Shown piece after piece: positions 17,970 to 26,328 of a stretch of 32,000 nt of DNA (positions are counted from its first letter, which is position 1; the number at the start of each line of letters is the position of its first letter). Position numbers and translations under genes: made by a program. Origin of the DNA: Geobacter metallireducens GS-15 (GTDB lineage Bacteria > Desulfobacterota > Desulfuromonadia > Geobacterales > Geobacteraceae); the NCBI RefSeq assembly GCF_000012925.1, contig NC_007517.1:3840001-3872000 (forward strand), written 5' to 3'. The notes beneath the pieces are model-generated. The model was not told the DNA's origin, searched no databases, and saw nothing but the letters and a program-made list of their open reading frames with translations.

Positions 17970-19388
17970 TTAGCGCAGCCTGAGCGAGAAGAAAATGCTG
18001 GCGTTGCCCCGGCGCACTAGCAGGATCGCCGTGCCCCGGCGTCCGGCTTCCGCCATGGCGCGTTCATATTCGGCCCGGGTCGCGACCCCCTTGCGGTTCA
18101 CCGAAACGATGATGTCGCCACGCTGGATCCCCGCCTCGGCGGCAATCCCCTCCTCGTCAACCTCGGCCACGACCACGCCGGATACGCCACGGCGGCGCAG
18201 GTCGGAAGGAATTTCCTCGACCATCAGACCGAGGAGGTCGGGCTCCTCCCCCTGGGGTCGGGCCTGCCGGGCCCCGGCGCTGTCGGCGCTGGCCGAGGTG
18301 AGGGAAAGCTTCACCTCGCGCCCCCCACGGAACACCGTGACCTGGACGGTCTTCCCCGGTGCCGTTGCGGCCACGACCCGCTGGAGGTGCTGGGCGTCCT
18401 TGATCTCGGTGCCGGCGAAGTCGAGGATAATGTCTCCCTGCTTGATCCCCCCCTTGGCAGCGGGGCTCCCCTCCACGACGTCGGCCACCAGCACCCCCCG
18501 GGCCTTCTTGAGGCCGAACTCCCGGGCAATCTCGTCGGTCACCGGCTGGATTGATACGCCGAGCCACCCACGGCTCACACTCCCCTTGGTGACGAGCTGG
18601 GTGACGATCTGCTTGGCCATGTTGACGGGGATGGCAAAGCCGATCCCCTGGCCGGCGGCCACGATGGCGGTGTTGATGCCGATCACCTCCCCGTGGACGT
18701 TCAGGAGCGGCCCCCCCGAGTTGCCGGGGTTGATGGAGGCGTCGGTCTGGATGAAGTCCTCGTAGGTCTCGATCCCCATGTTGGAGCGGCCGGTGGCCGA
18801 CACTACCCCCACGGTCACGGTCCGGTCGAGGCCGAAAGGATTGCCGATGGCGATGGCCCACTGCCCCACCTGGAGCTTGTCGGAATCGGCCAGGACCGCC
18901 ACGGGGAGATCCTCCTTGGCGTCGATCTTGATGACGGCGATGTCGGTCTTGGGATCACTGCCGACAACCCTGCCGTCATAGACATTTTCGTTGGAGAGCC
19001 TGACCTTGATGGTCTCGGCGTCCCGCACCACGTGGTCATTGGTGACGATGTAGCCGCTCTTGTTGATGATGAATCCGGAGCCGAGGCTCTTGTCGCGGCG
19101 GTAGCGGGGCCTGCCGTCGCCGAACAAGTCGCCGAATAAGGGAGAAAATTCGAAAAAGGGCTGCTCGACCTTCTTCCTGCTGATGGTGGAGATGTTGACC
19201 ACCGACGGCGTCACCTTCTTCACCAACTCCACGAAGGCCTGCTGGGTAGCCATGATGTCCTTGGGAACGTCCTTTACCGGCGCTTCGGCCCGCCCCGTCT
19301 CGTAGAAGAGCTTATCTTCCTTCTTCGAGCAGGCGGGCACAACGGTAAAGAGCGCAATGATGACAATGAACAGGCGACAGATACGCAT
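17970..19388 (-). CDS. htrA: Periplasmic serine endoprotease DegP/DegQ/HtrA family (trypsin domain plus two PDZ domains)
   Basis: 472 aa. It has a signal peptide or lipobox-like N-terminus, the catalytic triad context (TNDHVV, DIAVIKI, GNSGGPL) and two PDZ-like segments. Confidence 0.92.
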   Translation of the reverse strand: MRICRLFIVIIALFTVVPACSKKEDKLFYETGRAEAPVKDVPKDIMATQQAFVELVKKVTPSVVNISTISRKKVEQPFFEFSPLFGDLFGDGRPRYRRDKSLGSGFIINKSGYIVTNDHVVRDAETIKVRLSNENVYDGRVVGSDPKTDIAVIKIDAKEDLPVAVLADSDKLQVGQWAIAIGNPFGLDRTVTVGVVSATGRSNMGIETYEDFIQTDASINPGNSGGPLLNVHGEVIGINTAIVAAGQGIGFAIPVNMAKQIVTQLVTKGSVSRGWLGVSIQPVTDEIAREFGLKKARGVLVADVVEGSPAAKGGIKQGDIILDFAGTEIKDAQHLQRVVAATAPGKTVQVTVFRGGREVKLSLTSASADSAGARQARPQGEEPDLLGLMVEEIPSDLRRRGVSGVVVAEVDEEGIAAEAGIQRGDIIVSVNRKGVATRAEYERAMAEAGRRGTAILLVRRGNASIFFSLRLR

Positions 19389-19435
19389 CGGAAATGCCTC
19401 GGCAGCAACGGAGGAGATGACCTTAAACCGTTGAA

Positions 19436-19464
19436 AGAGTAGCCAAATTACCCTGCGATGTCAA
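19436..19464 (-). promoter_or_regulatory. Putative sigma70-type promoter of htrA
   Basis: The minus strand has TTGACA, a 17-nt spacer and TACTCT. This is a motif match only. Confidence 0.3.
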
Positions 19465-19513
19465 CGTCCTTTCGGCTGTCAAACTCACTCGGATTCCCAT
19501 CATATATAAGCTC

Positions 19514-19543
19514 TTGACGCTGCCCATTCGATTGCCCTATAAC
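19514..19543 (+). promoter_or_regulatory. Putative sigma70-type promoter of the XRE-cupin regulator gene
   Basis: TTGACG (19514-19519), an 18-nt spacer and TATAAC (19538-19543), about 16 nt upstream of the GTG start and its GAGAGGAGG RBS. Confidence 0.4.
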
Positions 19544-19559
19544 GGGCGGGAGAGAGGAG

Positions 19560-20156
19560 GTGACCGTGCCAGACATAAAATCCCAGATCAAGGAACTGCG
19601 GCTCGGCGAAAAGGTTCGCAAGCTCCGCCAGGAACAGCGGCTCACCCTGCAGGAGCTCTCGGAACTCTCCGGCCTCTCCAAGCCGCTCCTGTCCCAGATC
19701 GAAAACGATCAGGTCACCCCCCCCATCGCCACGCTCCTCAAGATCTCAAAGGGGCTCAAGGTCGGGATCCACTACTTCTTCGAGGAAGAGGAAGACCAGC
19801 AGAAGCTGGTGCTGACGCGGGCCTCCCAGCAGACAGCCACCCGGCGCCGTACCGGGAACGACGCTCCCCACGGCTACGTCTACCGCTCCCTCGCCCCCGG
19901 CATCCGCCACAAGCCCATGGAGCCGTTCCTCGTGGAATTCGAGCTGACAGAGTGGGACGACGCCTTCTTCTACCGCCACGACGGCTTCGAGTTCATCTAT
20001 CTTCTGGAAGGGGAGCTGGAATTCCACTACGGCACCGACATCATGCGCCTCAACCCGGGTGACAGCATCTACTACGATTCCTCCGAGCCCCACGGCTATG
20101 TGTCGGTGGGAGAGCAGAAGGCAACAGCGGTGGCCGTCCTCTACTCGAAGGATTAG
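19560..20156 (+). CDS. XRE-family HTH transcriptional regulator with a C-terminal cupin domain
   Basis: GTG start. The HTH is LGEKVRKLRQEQRLTLQELSELSGLSKPLLSQIENDQVTP. The cupin-like C-terminus is GFEFIYLLEGELEFHYG...GDSIYYDSSEPHGY. Confidence 0.85.
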   Translation: MTVPDIKSQIKELRLGEKVRKLRQEQRLTLQELSELSGLSKPLLSQIENDQVTPPIATLLKISKGLKVGIHYFFEEEEDQQKLVLTRASQQTATRRRTGNDAPHGYVYRSLAPGIRHKPMEPFLVEFELTEWDDAFFYRHDGFEFIYLLEGELEFHYGTDIMRLNPGDSIYYDSSEPHGYVSVGEQKATAVAVLYSKD

Positions 20157-20476
20157 AGCTTGCGCTTTTTCAGCTCCGCCATAAAGGAGCGGAGCACCCC
20201 CCTCTTCTCGGCGTCGAGATCGCTGAACGCGAGCCCCATCCCCCCCTCCGGTTCCAGACGGCTCCAGACCACCCGGGCATCCAGGGTGACGGCCTGCGCA
20301 GACCGGGAAGTGTAAAACTGGAGCTTTACCACCTGCCCCACCGGCCGAGGATCCTTGGTGATGATCGAAACACCGTTCTCCGAGATGTCGAACGTATAAA
20401 GGCAGGATGCCCCGTCCAGCTCCACGAGCCAGCATCCCACCTCAATGGGCGTTCTCCTGCACGAGCGCTCTTCCAC
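20153..20476 (-). CDS. PilZ-domain protein (putative c-di-GMP receptor)
   Basis: 107 aa with a GTG start. It has the RxxxR-like RSCRR near the N-terminus and DISENG (D/NxSxxG). Confidence 0.75.
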   Translation of the reverse strand: MEERSCRRTPIEVGCWLVELDGASCLYTFDISENGVSIITKDPRPVGQVVKLQFYTSRSAQAVTLDARVVWSRLEPEGGMGLAFSDLDAEKRGVLRSFMAELKKRKL

Positions 20477-20485
20477 GACACCACC

Positions 20486-20683
20486 CTACTCGGGCAACTC
20501 CTCACAGTCGGCATAGACCCAGCTGTCAAACTGGCCGTTCTCCAGCGTGACCTGGATCGTCTCTCCCGCCTCGGTGCAGAAGGAGGTGTACCCGATCTCG
20601 CCGCTCTTCAGGTTCCTCACCTTTACCCGTTCTTCCTTCCGCTCTGTCCGCTCGCATACTGCTACGCGATCCTTTTCTTTCAT
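20486..20683 (-). CDS. Small hypothetical protein (65 aa)
   Basis: The start was chosen at the internal ATG 20683 (MKEKDRVAVCERTERKEERVKVRNLKSGEIGY...), preceded by AGGAGG. The longer track ORF (to 20815) overlaps the upstream gene. Confidence 0.5.
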   Translation of the reverse strand: MKEKDRVAVCERTERKEERVKVRNLKSGEIGYTSFCTEAGETIQVTLENGQFDSWVYADCEELPE

Positions 20684-20757
20684 GATGTTCCTCCTGTGTC
20701 CAAGCGTAGTTACACCACTAGCGTAGCACGGCAGCCCCGCTTTGCAATCGGTACCGG

Positions 20758-21399
20758 CTACAGCTCCTCCCCCTGACAGACCCGGACCGGCACGACCCTC
20801 GCGCGGGCCGCGCAACCGGTCAGCTGCCGGTAGAGCCGGGCAAGGAACCGCACCGTCACCACCTTGTGGATATGTGCTTGGGTGAAGCGATAGAGGAACT
20901 TCCTTAAGGGGGAAACGGGAGCGCTCCCCAGAAGCAACGGTCGGGAGTGGGCAAGGCGGAGCGTAAGCCTCACGCCACCCGCAGCTTCTTCAACAAGGAA
21001 CGAAAGGGCTCCCTGGCCGGCCAACACCAGAAGGCCGCCGCTGATGGGGAGAGACAGGGATGCCCTGTTCTCTTCTTCCGACCTGACGGGCGATGCGAAG
21101 CTGATGAGGCTCACGGGGAGGCCCAGGAGGCGAAACTCAACCCCGTTGTCCGTCACCTTTGGGCGGACGAGAGAACGGGTGAATCGCCTAATGTAGGCAA
21201 GGTAGCGGTCAAACAGGAGATCGGGGGTAACGCCGGCCACACCGGACTCCGGCATGGTCATCCACTGAATGGAGAAGACCGTGGAATCATCCATGAGCAC
21301 CTGCTGGCACGCTATCAACTGTTCAACGGGGGGCGATGTTCCGTTCATGCTTTCTCCATCGGACACCATATCACACCCGTCCCTCCTTGTCCCCTCCAT
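20758..21399 (-). CDS. Hypothetical protein (about 203-213 aa)
   Basis: Long ORF with coding-like composition and no recognised motifs. The alternative start at 21369 (MVSDGES...) lies downstream of AAGGAGG. Confidence 0.55.
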   Translation of the reverse strand: MEGTRRDGCDMVSDGESMNGTSPPVEQLIACQQVLMDDSTVFSIQWMTMPESGVAGVTPDLLFDRYLAYIRRFTRSLVRPKVTDNGVEFRLLGLPVSLISFASPVRSEEENRASLSLPISGGLLVLAGQGALSFLVEEAAGGVRLTLRLAHSRPLLLGSAPVSPLRKFLYRFTQAHIHKVVTVRFLARLYRQLTGCAARARVVPVRVCQGEEL

Positions 21400-21422
21400 G
21401 CCGGAGACCTGCCACAGGATCC

Positions 21423-21451
21423 TTGAGTTTTAGAAAAAAGTGGGCTATAAG
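21423..21451 (+). promoter_or_regulatory. Putative sigma70-type promoter of tRNA-Ser(CGA)
   Basis: TTGAGT (21423-21428), a 17-nt spacer and TATAAG (21446-21451), about 58 nt upstream of the tRNA 5' end. Confidence 0.35.
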
Positions 21452-21509
21452 TAAACCTCTTCCGGCCAAGACCAGCCGGACGTGTTCCCTCTAACAGAAT
21501 ATCACTCCA

Positions 21510-21599
21510 GGAGAGATGGCCGAGTGGTCGAAGGCGGCAGACTCGAAATCTGTTGTACCGCTTGCGGTACCTAGGGTTCGAATCCCTATCTCTCCGCCA
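21510..21599 (+). tRNA. tRNA-Ser (anticodon CGA), CCA encoded
   Basis: GGAGAGATGGCCGAGTGGTCGAAGGCGGCAGACTCGAAATCTGTTGTACCGCTTGCGGTACCTAGGGTTCGAATCCCTATCTCTCCGCCA. The acceptor stem is GGAGAGA/TCTCTCC, the anticodon loop is CT-CGA-AA, and there is a long variable arm. Confidence 0.93.
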
Positions 21600-21600
21600 T
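21588..21600. repeat. Direct repeat copy 1 (3' end of tRNA-Ser), att-like
   Basis: ATCTCTCCGCCAT is identical to 27551-27563. Confidence 0.6.
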
Positions 21601-21602
21601 AT

Positions 21603-21900
21603 TTACCTCAGTGTAATCAACTGGTTAGACTGAGCAGGCCCCTGACTTTCACAAAAACTTTCACAAAGAAGGTTTTTATGAAACGGCAGGGGTCTTCTTT
21701 TTATCTCGACATAGTCCTTGCCGAAACAGTTGAGGACGTCCCAGTAATCGTTCTCCAACCCGTCAATGTAGTTGCCGTAGACATCAAAGACCATCTGCTT
21801 GCTTCCATGCCCCATGAGCCGCACGAGACGGAGAGCCGTCTGCATGAGCGCCACCAGCGTCGCCAATCGAGTCTCCGTGGTCATGAACCCACACCCCGGC
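21603..21900 (-). pseudogene. Tyrosine recombinase/integrase remnant (C-terminal about 90 codons only)
   Basis: ...GFMTTETRLATLVALMQTALRLVRLMGHGSKQMVFDVYGNYIDGLE... resembles the integrase C-terminus (R/H-x-x-R...LMGH.S..M...Y with the catalytic Tyr). The ORF (145 aa at most) is far too short for an integrase, abuts the tRNA, and is cut off by the next gene. Confidence 0.5.
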
Positions 21901-22020
21901 CACATTCTGCATCCAGGTACCCAGGTTGGAGACAAGTGATGCAATCCACAGACAGCGGAAAACCGCGTGGCGGAGCGGACCCCTACCGTTGTCGAGTCTG
22001 CCATGCTGATTCCCTTTGAT

Positions 22021-23124
22021 CTATCTGGCCAACCAGACACCGGCAGCGGTCAGCATAGTTTCAAGACCGGTCTGCAGTGTGGGATACAGTACGGGCGCCC
22101 AGAATGGTGAATGGGGACCGGGCAGCCGTTCCACCCCCCCTTCCCGTACCGCCTGGTCGTACTTTTCGGGGTCGCTGCCTCCGACAAACCAGTACATATA
22201 CGGAGACTTCCATGCCTGACCGAAACGACCGAAGTCTTCGCTGGCACCCTGGGATGGCGCTTCGAACAACTGGTCGCCAAACTGGCCACGGAACGCATCG
22301 GCAACCTTTCTGGTCACTTCCGCATCATTGACGGTCAGCGGGTAATTGTTGATTTCTTCGAACTCAGGGTCTTTCGGCGCATTGGAGGCGCGGGCCTCGG
22401 CGACGCAGATCCGCCTGATCGCTGCCAACACATGATCGCGCACGGCTTCGTCCGTCGTCCGCACATTCAGCTTTATATACGCCTCGGCCGGAATGATGTT
22501 TTCCGCCGTGCCTCCATGGAACTCCCCTACCGTCACCACAACCTGGGCCTGGGGAGAAATCTCGCGACTGACGATGGTTTGCAGGCGCAGCACCGCTGAG
22601 GCGGCCATCACGATCGGATCGATGCCGTTTTGCGGCATGCCGCCATGGGCTCCCTTACCGAAAAAACGTACCAGCAGGCTGTCGCCTGAGGTCAGAATCT
22701 GCCCCGAATGATAGCCGACTGTACCGGCTCGGAACGGCAGCAGATGCTGACCCAGGATGACGTCAGGCCGCGGGAAACGCTCCATCAGTCCGTCATCGAG
22801 CATCGCCTGCGACCCCTGGGCGGTCTCTTCCGCCGGCTGGAACACCGTCATGAGCGTGCCATGCCAGGTCTCGCGTGCCAGGGACAGTACCGTGGCGGCG
22901 CCAAGCAGCCACGAGGTGTGCATGTCATGTCCGCAGGAATGTGCCACCGGCACGGTCTCCCCCTTGGCGTTAGCCCCTTCTTTGGTGCTGGCGTACGGCA
23001 CTCCGGTATCTTCCTTCATCGGCATGGCGTCCATGTCAGCACGCAGCATGACCGTCGGACCATCACCATTCTTCAGGATGCCGACCACCCCGGATATTTG
23101 CCTGATCTTGCGGACTGAATTCAT
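22021..23124 (-). CDS. M20D-family amidohydrolase (hippurate hydrolase / N-acyl-amino-acid amidohydrolase-like), N-terminally short
   Basis: 367 aa with ...GVVGILKNGDGPTVMLRADMDAMPMKE...HSCGHDMH...FQPAEE...GGTAENIIP... Family members normally have about 45-50 more residues before the LRADMDA block. An AAGGAG RBS precedes this ATG, so a truncated product may still be made. Confidence 0.75.
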   Translation of the reverse strand: MNSVRKIRQISGVVGILKNGDGPTVMLRADMDAMPMKEDTGVPYASTKEGANAKGETVPVAHSCGHDMHTSWLLGAATVLSLARETWHGTLMTVFQPAEETAQGSQAMLDDGLMERFPRPDVILGQHLLPFRAGTVGYHSGQILTSGDSLLVRFFGKGAHGGMPQNGIDPIVMAASAVLRLQTIVSREISPQAQVVVTVGEFHGGTAENIIPAEAYIKLNVRTTDEAVRDHVLAAIRRICVAEARASNAPKDPEFEEINNYPLTVNDAEVTRKVADAFRGQFGDQLFEAPSQGASEDFGRFGQAWKSPYMYWFVGGSDPEKYDQAVREGGVERLPGPHSPFWAPVLYPTLQTGLETMLTAAGVWLAR

Positions 23125-23181
23125 GGCAACTCCTTTCGATTGTAGCCAATCTCTTCATTGTCAGCTTATATTTCACGCTGC

Positions 23182-23332
23182 CGTCACCAGCGTCCACCAG
23201 GCTGGTGAGGCCGAAGCGATTCAGTTCCCGCATGAAGTGGCGCGAGGAGTTCATCTGCTGTTCGGGGGGAAGTCTCGGCTGTTTGCCGACGGTGGCATAG
23301 AGGTTGCCGGCGTTGGGACAGGCGATACCTGC
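23182..23332 (-). pseudogene. Fragment resembling a metal-dependent amidohydrolase (Amidohydro-type) gene
   Basis: The short ORF piece ...AGIACPNAGNLYATVGKQPRLPPEQQMNSSRHFMRELNRFGLTSLVDAGDG... has no plausible full-length context. The assignment is weak. Confidence 0.3.
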
Positions 23333-23391
23333 CTTGATAAATTTGGCTCCAATCACTCAAGCCTACCGCGATACGTCAGTAATTCAATTCA

Positions 23392-23661
23392 CTATTTGAA
23401 CAGCTTTACCCGGCCTGCAACTGGCTGAAATTCTTTACTGACAGGCTCGGCAACCGGCTTACCGAACGGCATCTGCGCAATGAGTTTCCAATTGTCCGGG
23501 ATGTTCCAGGCTGCTTTGACCGAATCATCGATGACCGGATTGTAATGCTGCAGCGATGCTCCCCATCCTTCCAACTCCAGGGCCGACCAGATGGCGTACT
23601 GCAGCATGCCGGATGACTGATTGGACCAGACGGGGAAGTTGTCGCTGTACAGGGGGAACGA
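23392..23661 (-). pseudogene. 5'-truncated nitroreductase-family gene (C-terminal about 89 codons)
   Basis: SFPLYSDNFPVWSNQSSGMLQYAIWSALELEGWGASLQHYNPVIDDSVKAAWNIPDNWKLIAQMPFGKPV... matches the C-terminal half of Frm2/YodC-like nitroreductases. It begins immediately after the stop codon of the upstream gene. Confidence 0.55.
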
Positions 23662-24216
23662 TCAGTCGATGTAACTGACGGCGCCCTTTATAGTGCGCTC
23701 GCCAGTGGTGAACTTGCTCTCAGGCGCCGCATACCCCACGATAACTGCGCACTGGACACGGTACCCATCAGGGATACCCGCTTTCTGTAAAAGATCGCTG
23801 CCATCTGCTCCGTCGAACGCCAGCGTCAGAGAGAGGAGAAAGCACGATCCCAGTCCGGCGCCGGTTGCCTGGAGAAGCATGTTCTCAGCGGAGACCGCCG
23901 CATTGACGGCGCTGATCGGGATAGTCACCGGACCTGAAATGAGGATCAGAACTGGAGCGTCGTAAAGCGGCTGATAGCCAGGCAGCGCCGCCCTTTGCCG
24001 TAGGAATTCGATGCCTGAGTGAGCCATGGCGTCCAGTGTCACGTCGTTAATTTTCTTCCGCAGCTCGGCGTTGCGGACCACCGAAAGCTGGATTGGCCCG
24101 GCATTCGGCGCCCAGCGCCCTGCTTCAACGATCTTTTCCAGGACATCCGCCGGGACCGGTGTGTCAAGATAGGCCCTTACGCTCTTTCTCGCTGTTATTG
24201 CCTCTGTAACGTTCAT
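23662..24216 (-). CDS. Nitroreductase-family protein
   Basis: 184 aa with MNVTEAITARKSVRAYLDTPVPADVLEKIVEAGRWAPNAG... and ...ENMLLQATGAGLGSC.... The AAGGAGG RBS is upstream. Confidence 0.85.
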   Translation of the reverse strand: MNVTEAITARKSVRAYLDTPVPADVLEKIVEAGRWAPNAGPIQLSVVRNAELRKKINDVTLDAMAHSGIEFLRQRAALPGYQPLYDAPVLILISGPVTIPISAVNAAVSAENMLLQATGAGLGSCFLLSLTLAFDGADGSDLLQKAGIPDGYRVQCAVIVGYAAPESKFTTGERTIKGAVSYID

Positions 24217-24277
24217 TCTTAACCTCCTTGCCTATCCGTTCTTGTGTTGTTCAATGGTCGGTATTTATGGTGATCAT

Positions 24278-25591
24278 TACTACTGTCCGGTAAACTTTGA
24301 TTGTACAGCTGTAACTTGTTGAACTTTATTGCTCTTTGGCACAATTGTTCTTTTTTCGACATGAATTCGTTCTGGGTGTAGCCTTCCTCCCTTTACAGGA
24401 GGGGAGCAATGCACACCGGTCCGACCGTTTTCAAACAACTTCTGCAGTTTCTGCCCCGGTACGAATTCAATCTCTGCGTTCGCCGACACCGTGGCGAGTA
24501 TCGGGAGAAGAAGTTCTCGACCTATGACCAGTTCCTCTGCCTGGCTTATGCCCAGATGGCTGGCCGTGAGAGCTTGCGGGATATCGAGACCTGCCTGAAC
24601 TCCCACCAGGAGAAGCTGTACCACATCGGCTTTCGTGGTGATGTCTCCCGCACGACCCTTGCCGACGCGAACGAGCGCAGGGACTGGCGTATCTTCCAAG
24701 ACTTCGGTCATGTACTGATCGGCATAGCTCAGCAGCTGTACCAGGCTGATGCCATCGCCGTTGAGCTTACGCAACCGCTCTACGCCTTTGACTCGACCAC
24801 TATCGACCTGTGCCTTACGCTGTTCCCATGGGCCGAGTTCCGCAAAACCAAGGCGGCGGTCAAGATGCATACGCTCATTGATCTGCGTGGTCCCATTCCA
24901 ACCTGGGTCACTATTACCACTGGCAAGGTCCACGATGTCAGGATGCTGGACCATCTGCCGGTTGCAAAGGATGCCATTTACACGATGGACAGAGGGTATG
25001 TCGATTTTGCCCGGCTCCACTCCATCCACAAGCAGGGAGCATTCTTCGTAGTTCGGGCAAAGGACAACCTGAAATGCCAGCGGTTATATTCCCATCCGAA
25101 GGACAAGGAATCAGGTGTACGGGCAGACCAGATTATCACCCTGGTGACGCAGAAGTCGAAAAAGGGGTATCCGGAGAAACTGCGCCGGGTCAGCTATGTT
25201 GACAAAGAACGGAACAAGCGACTCGTATTTCTCACGAACAACTTCGAGATTCCGGCAGCGACGGTGGCTGCGATTTACAAGCAGCGCTGGCAGGTGGAGC
25301 TGTTTTTCAAATGGATCAAACAGCACCTGCGGATCAAGTCGTTCATCGGAACGTCAGTCAATGCCGTGAAGAGCCAGATATGGGTTGCCTTGTGCATCTA
25401 TCTGCTGGTGGCGATCACGAAAAAGAAGTTGGGGGTTCCGTGTTCGCTCTACACTTTTCTACAGATTCTGGAGGTCAACTTGTTCGAGAAAAAGCCCATT
25501 TCATCGCTGGTTGCGGAGGCTCTCAAGCGAAATGCTGATTATCCTGAGCGCAACCAACTGAACTTATTCAACTATTAACCGGACAGTAGTG
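24278..25591 (+). mobile_element. IS4-family insertion sequence (1314 bp) with a 9-bp target-site duplication
   Basis: The terminal inverted repeats are TACTACTGTCCGGTAAA (24278-24294) and the reverse complement of 25575-25591, CACTACTGTCCGGTTAA (15/17). It is flanked by direct repeats GGTGATCAT at 24269-24277 and 25592-25600. Confidence 0.9.
24409..25578 (+). CDS. IS4-family DDE transposase
   Basis: 389 aa. The Y-(2)-R-(3)-E-(6)-K signature is present in YKQRWQVELFFKWIK. The DDE context includes FDSTTIDL and IYTMDRGY. The RBS AGGAGGGGAG is upstream. Confidence 0.93.
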   Translation: MHTGPTVFKQLLQFLPRYEFNLCVRRHRGEYREKKFSTYDQFLCLAYAQMAGRESLRDIETCLNSHQEKLYHIGFRGDVSRTTLADANERRDWRIFQDFGHVLIGIAQQLYQADAIAVELTQPLYAFDSTTIDLCLTLFPWAEFRKTKAAVKMHTLIDLRGPIPTWVTITTGKVHDVRMLDHLPVAKDAIYTMDRGYVDFARLHSIHKQGAFFVVRAKDNLKCQRLYSHPKDKESGVRADQIITLVTQKSKKGYPEKLRRVSYVDKERNKRLVFLTNNFEIPAATVAAIYKQRWQVELFFKWIKQHLRIKSFIGTSVNAVKSQIWVALCIYLLVAITKKKLGVPCSLYTFLQILEVNLFEKKPISSLVAEALKRNADYPERNQLNLFNY

Positions 25592-25596
25592 GGTGA

Positions 25597-26214
25597 TCAT
25601 GGTTTTTGCTCCTTGCAGGTACTCCGCACCTGCTTGCCGGCACCCCTGAGTATCTTGTCCAGATTGCGCAGTAACCGGTACGTTATCCCCCAGAGCGGCT
25701 GTTCCGTCCCGTCGCCGAGTCGCAATGCGGGGAATCTCCTCTGCCTTCTCCGACCGATAAATTCCACCCGGGTAAGGCGGGCAGGGTTGTTCAATTCACG
25801 GACCGACAGCCAGAAGGCACGGGCTATTTCCGTTCTGTCCAGATTCAGGATCGGCTGTCGGTCTACCGCATACACGAAACACGAAATAACGATCTGCAAG
25901 CCGCCGGGCACAAGGTCATTGAGCCGTCCAAGATACGTTGCGGTGCCAAGATCCAGGCCGATCTCTTCACGCGTCTCCCGCTCGGCAGTCTCTTGCGGCC
26001 CCTTGTCACCGGGTTCCGCCCTCCCTCCCGGGAACCCGATCTGGCCAGACCAGTAATCGCATTCGTCGGTTGACCGCTGGATGAAGAGGATGTTCGGCCC
26101 GTCTGGCTGTTCCTCCAGAATCAGGGCCACTGCGGCATGGGCGCGTTTGCCAGGCTCGATAATGCGAACCGGGTGGCTGTTGAGCGCAGTGCTGATGTCT
26201 TGGGCCTGTTTCAT
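25597..26214 (-). CDS. NUDIX hydrolase, CoA pyrophosphatase-like
   Basis: 205 aa with LFIQRS...GQIGFPGG (a NuCoA-like motif) and the Nudix box core RETREEIGL. Confidence 0.85.
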   Translation of the reverse strand: MKQAQDISTALNSHPVRIIEPGKRAHAAVALILEEQPDGPNILFIQRSTDECDYWSGQIGFPGGRAEPGDKGPQETAERETREEIGLDLGTATYLGRLNDLVPGGLQIVISCFVYAVDRQPILNLDRTEIARAFWLSVRELNNPARLTRVEFIGRRRQRRFPALRLGDGTEQPLWGITYRLLRNLDKILRGAGKQVRSTCKEQKP

Positions 26215-26271
26215 AGCGATCTGTCCTTAGAAACGATACTGCCGGGTCAGTCTATGCTTCCTGCGATAGCC

Positions 26272-26320
26272 GCTCTGGGCCGGGAGGGTGCGGTCAACCC
26301 TCCCCCTCCCGGCCCAGAGC
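26272..26320 (-). terminator. Strong GC hairpin between yceI and the NUDIX gene (possible terminator or attenuator)
   Basis: GCTCTGGGCCGGGAGGG (26272-26288) and CCCTCCCGGCCCAGAGC (26304-26320) form a perfect 17-bp stem with a 15-nt loop. There is no clear U-tract on the minus strand. Confidence 0.45.
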
Positions 26321-26328
26321 CATTCTCT

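Noticed and set aside
20697-20757. A GGTACC-N-TTGCA motif on the minus strand upstream of the 65-aa gene, considered as a sigma54 promoter.
   Set aside because: The GG-to-GC spacing is 2 nt shorter than the TGGCAC-N5-TTGC consensus.
23659-23667. The TGA stop of the nitroreductase gene is in frame with the downstream nitroreductase fragment. This raised the possibility of selenocysteine, read-through or a fusion protein.
   Set aside because: The upstream protein is already a complete nitroreductase domain. The downstream piece is the C-terminal half of a different subfamily. Being in frame has a one-in-three chance. I saw no SECIS-like hairpin directly after the TGA.
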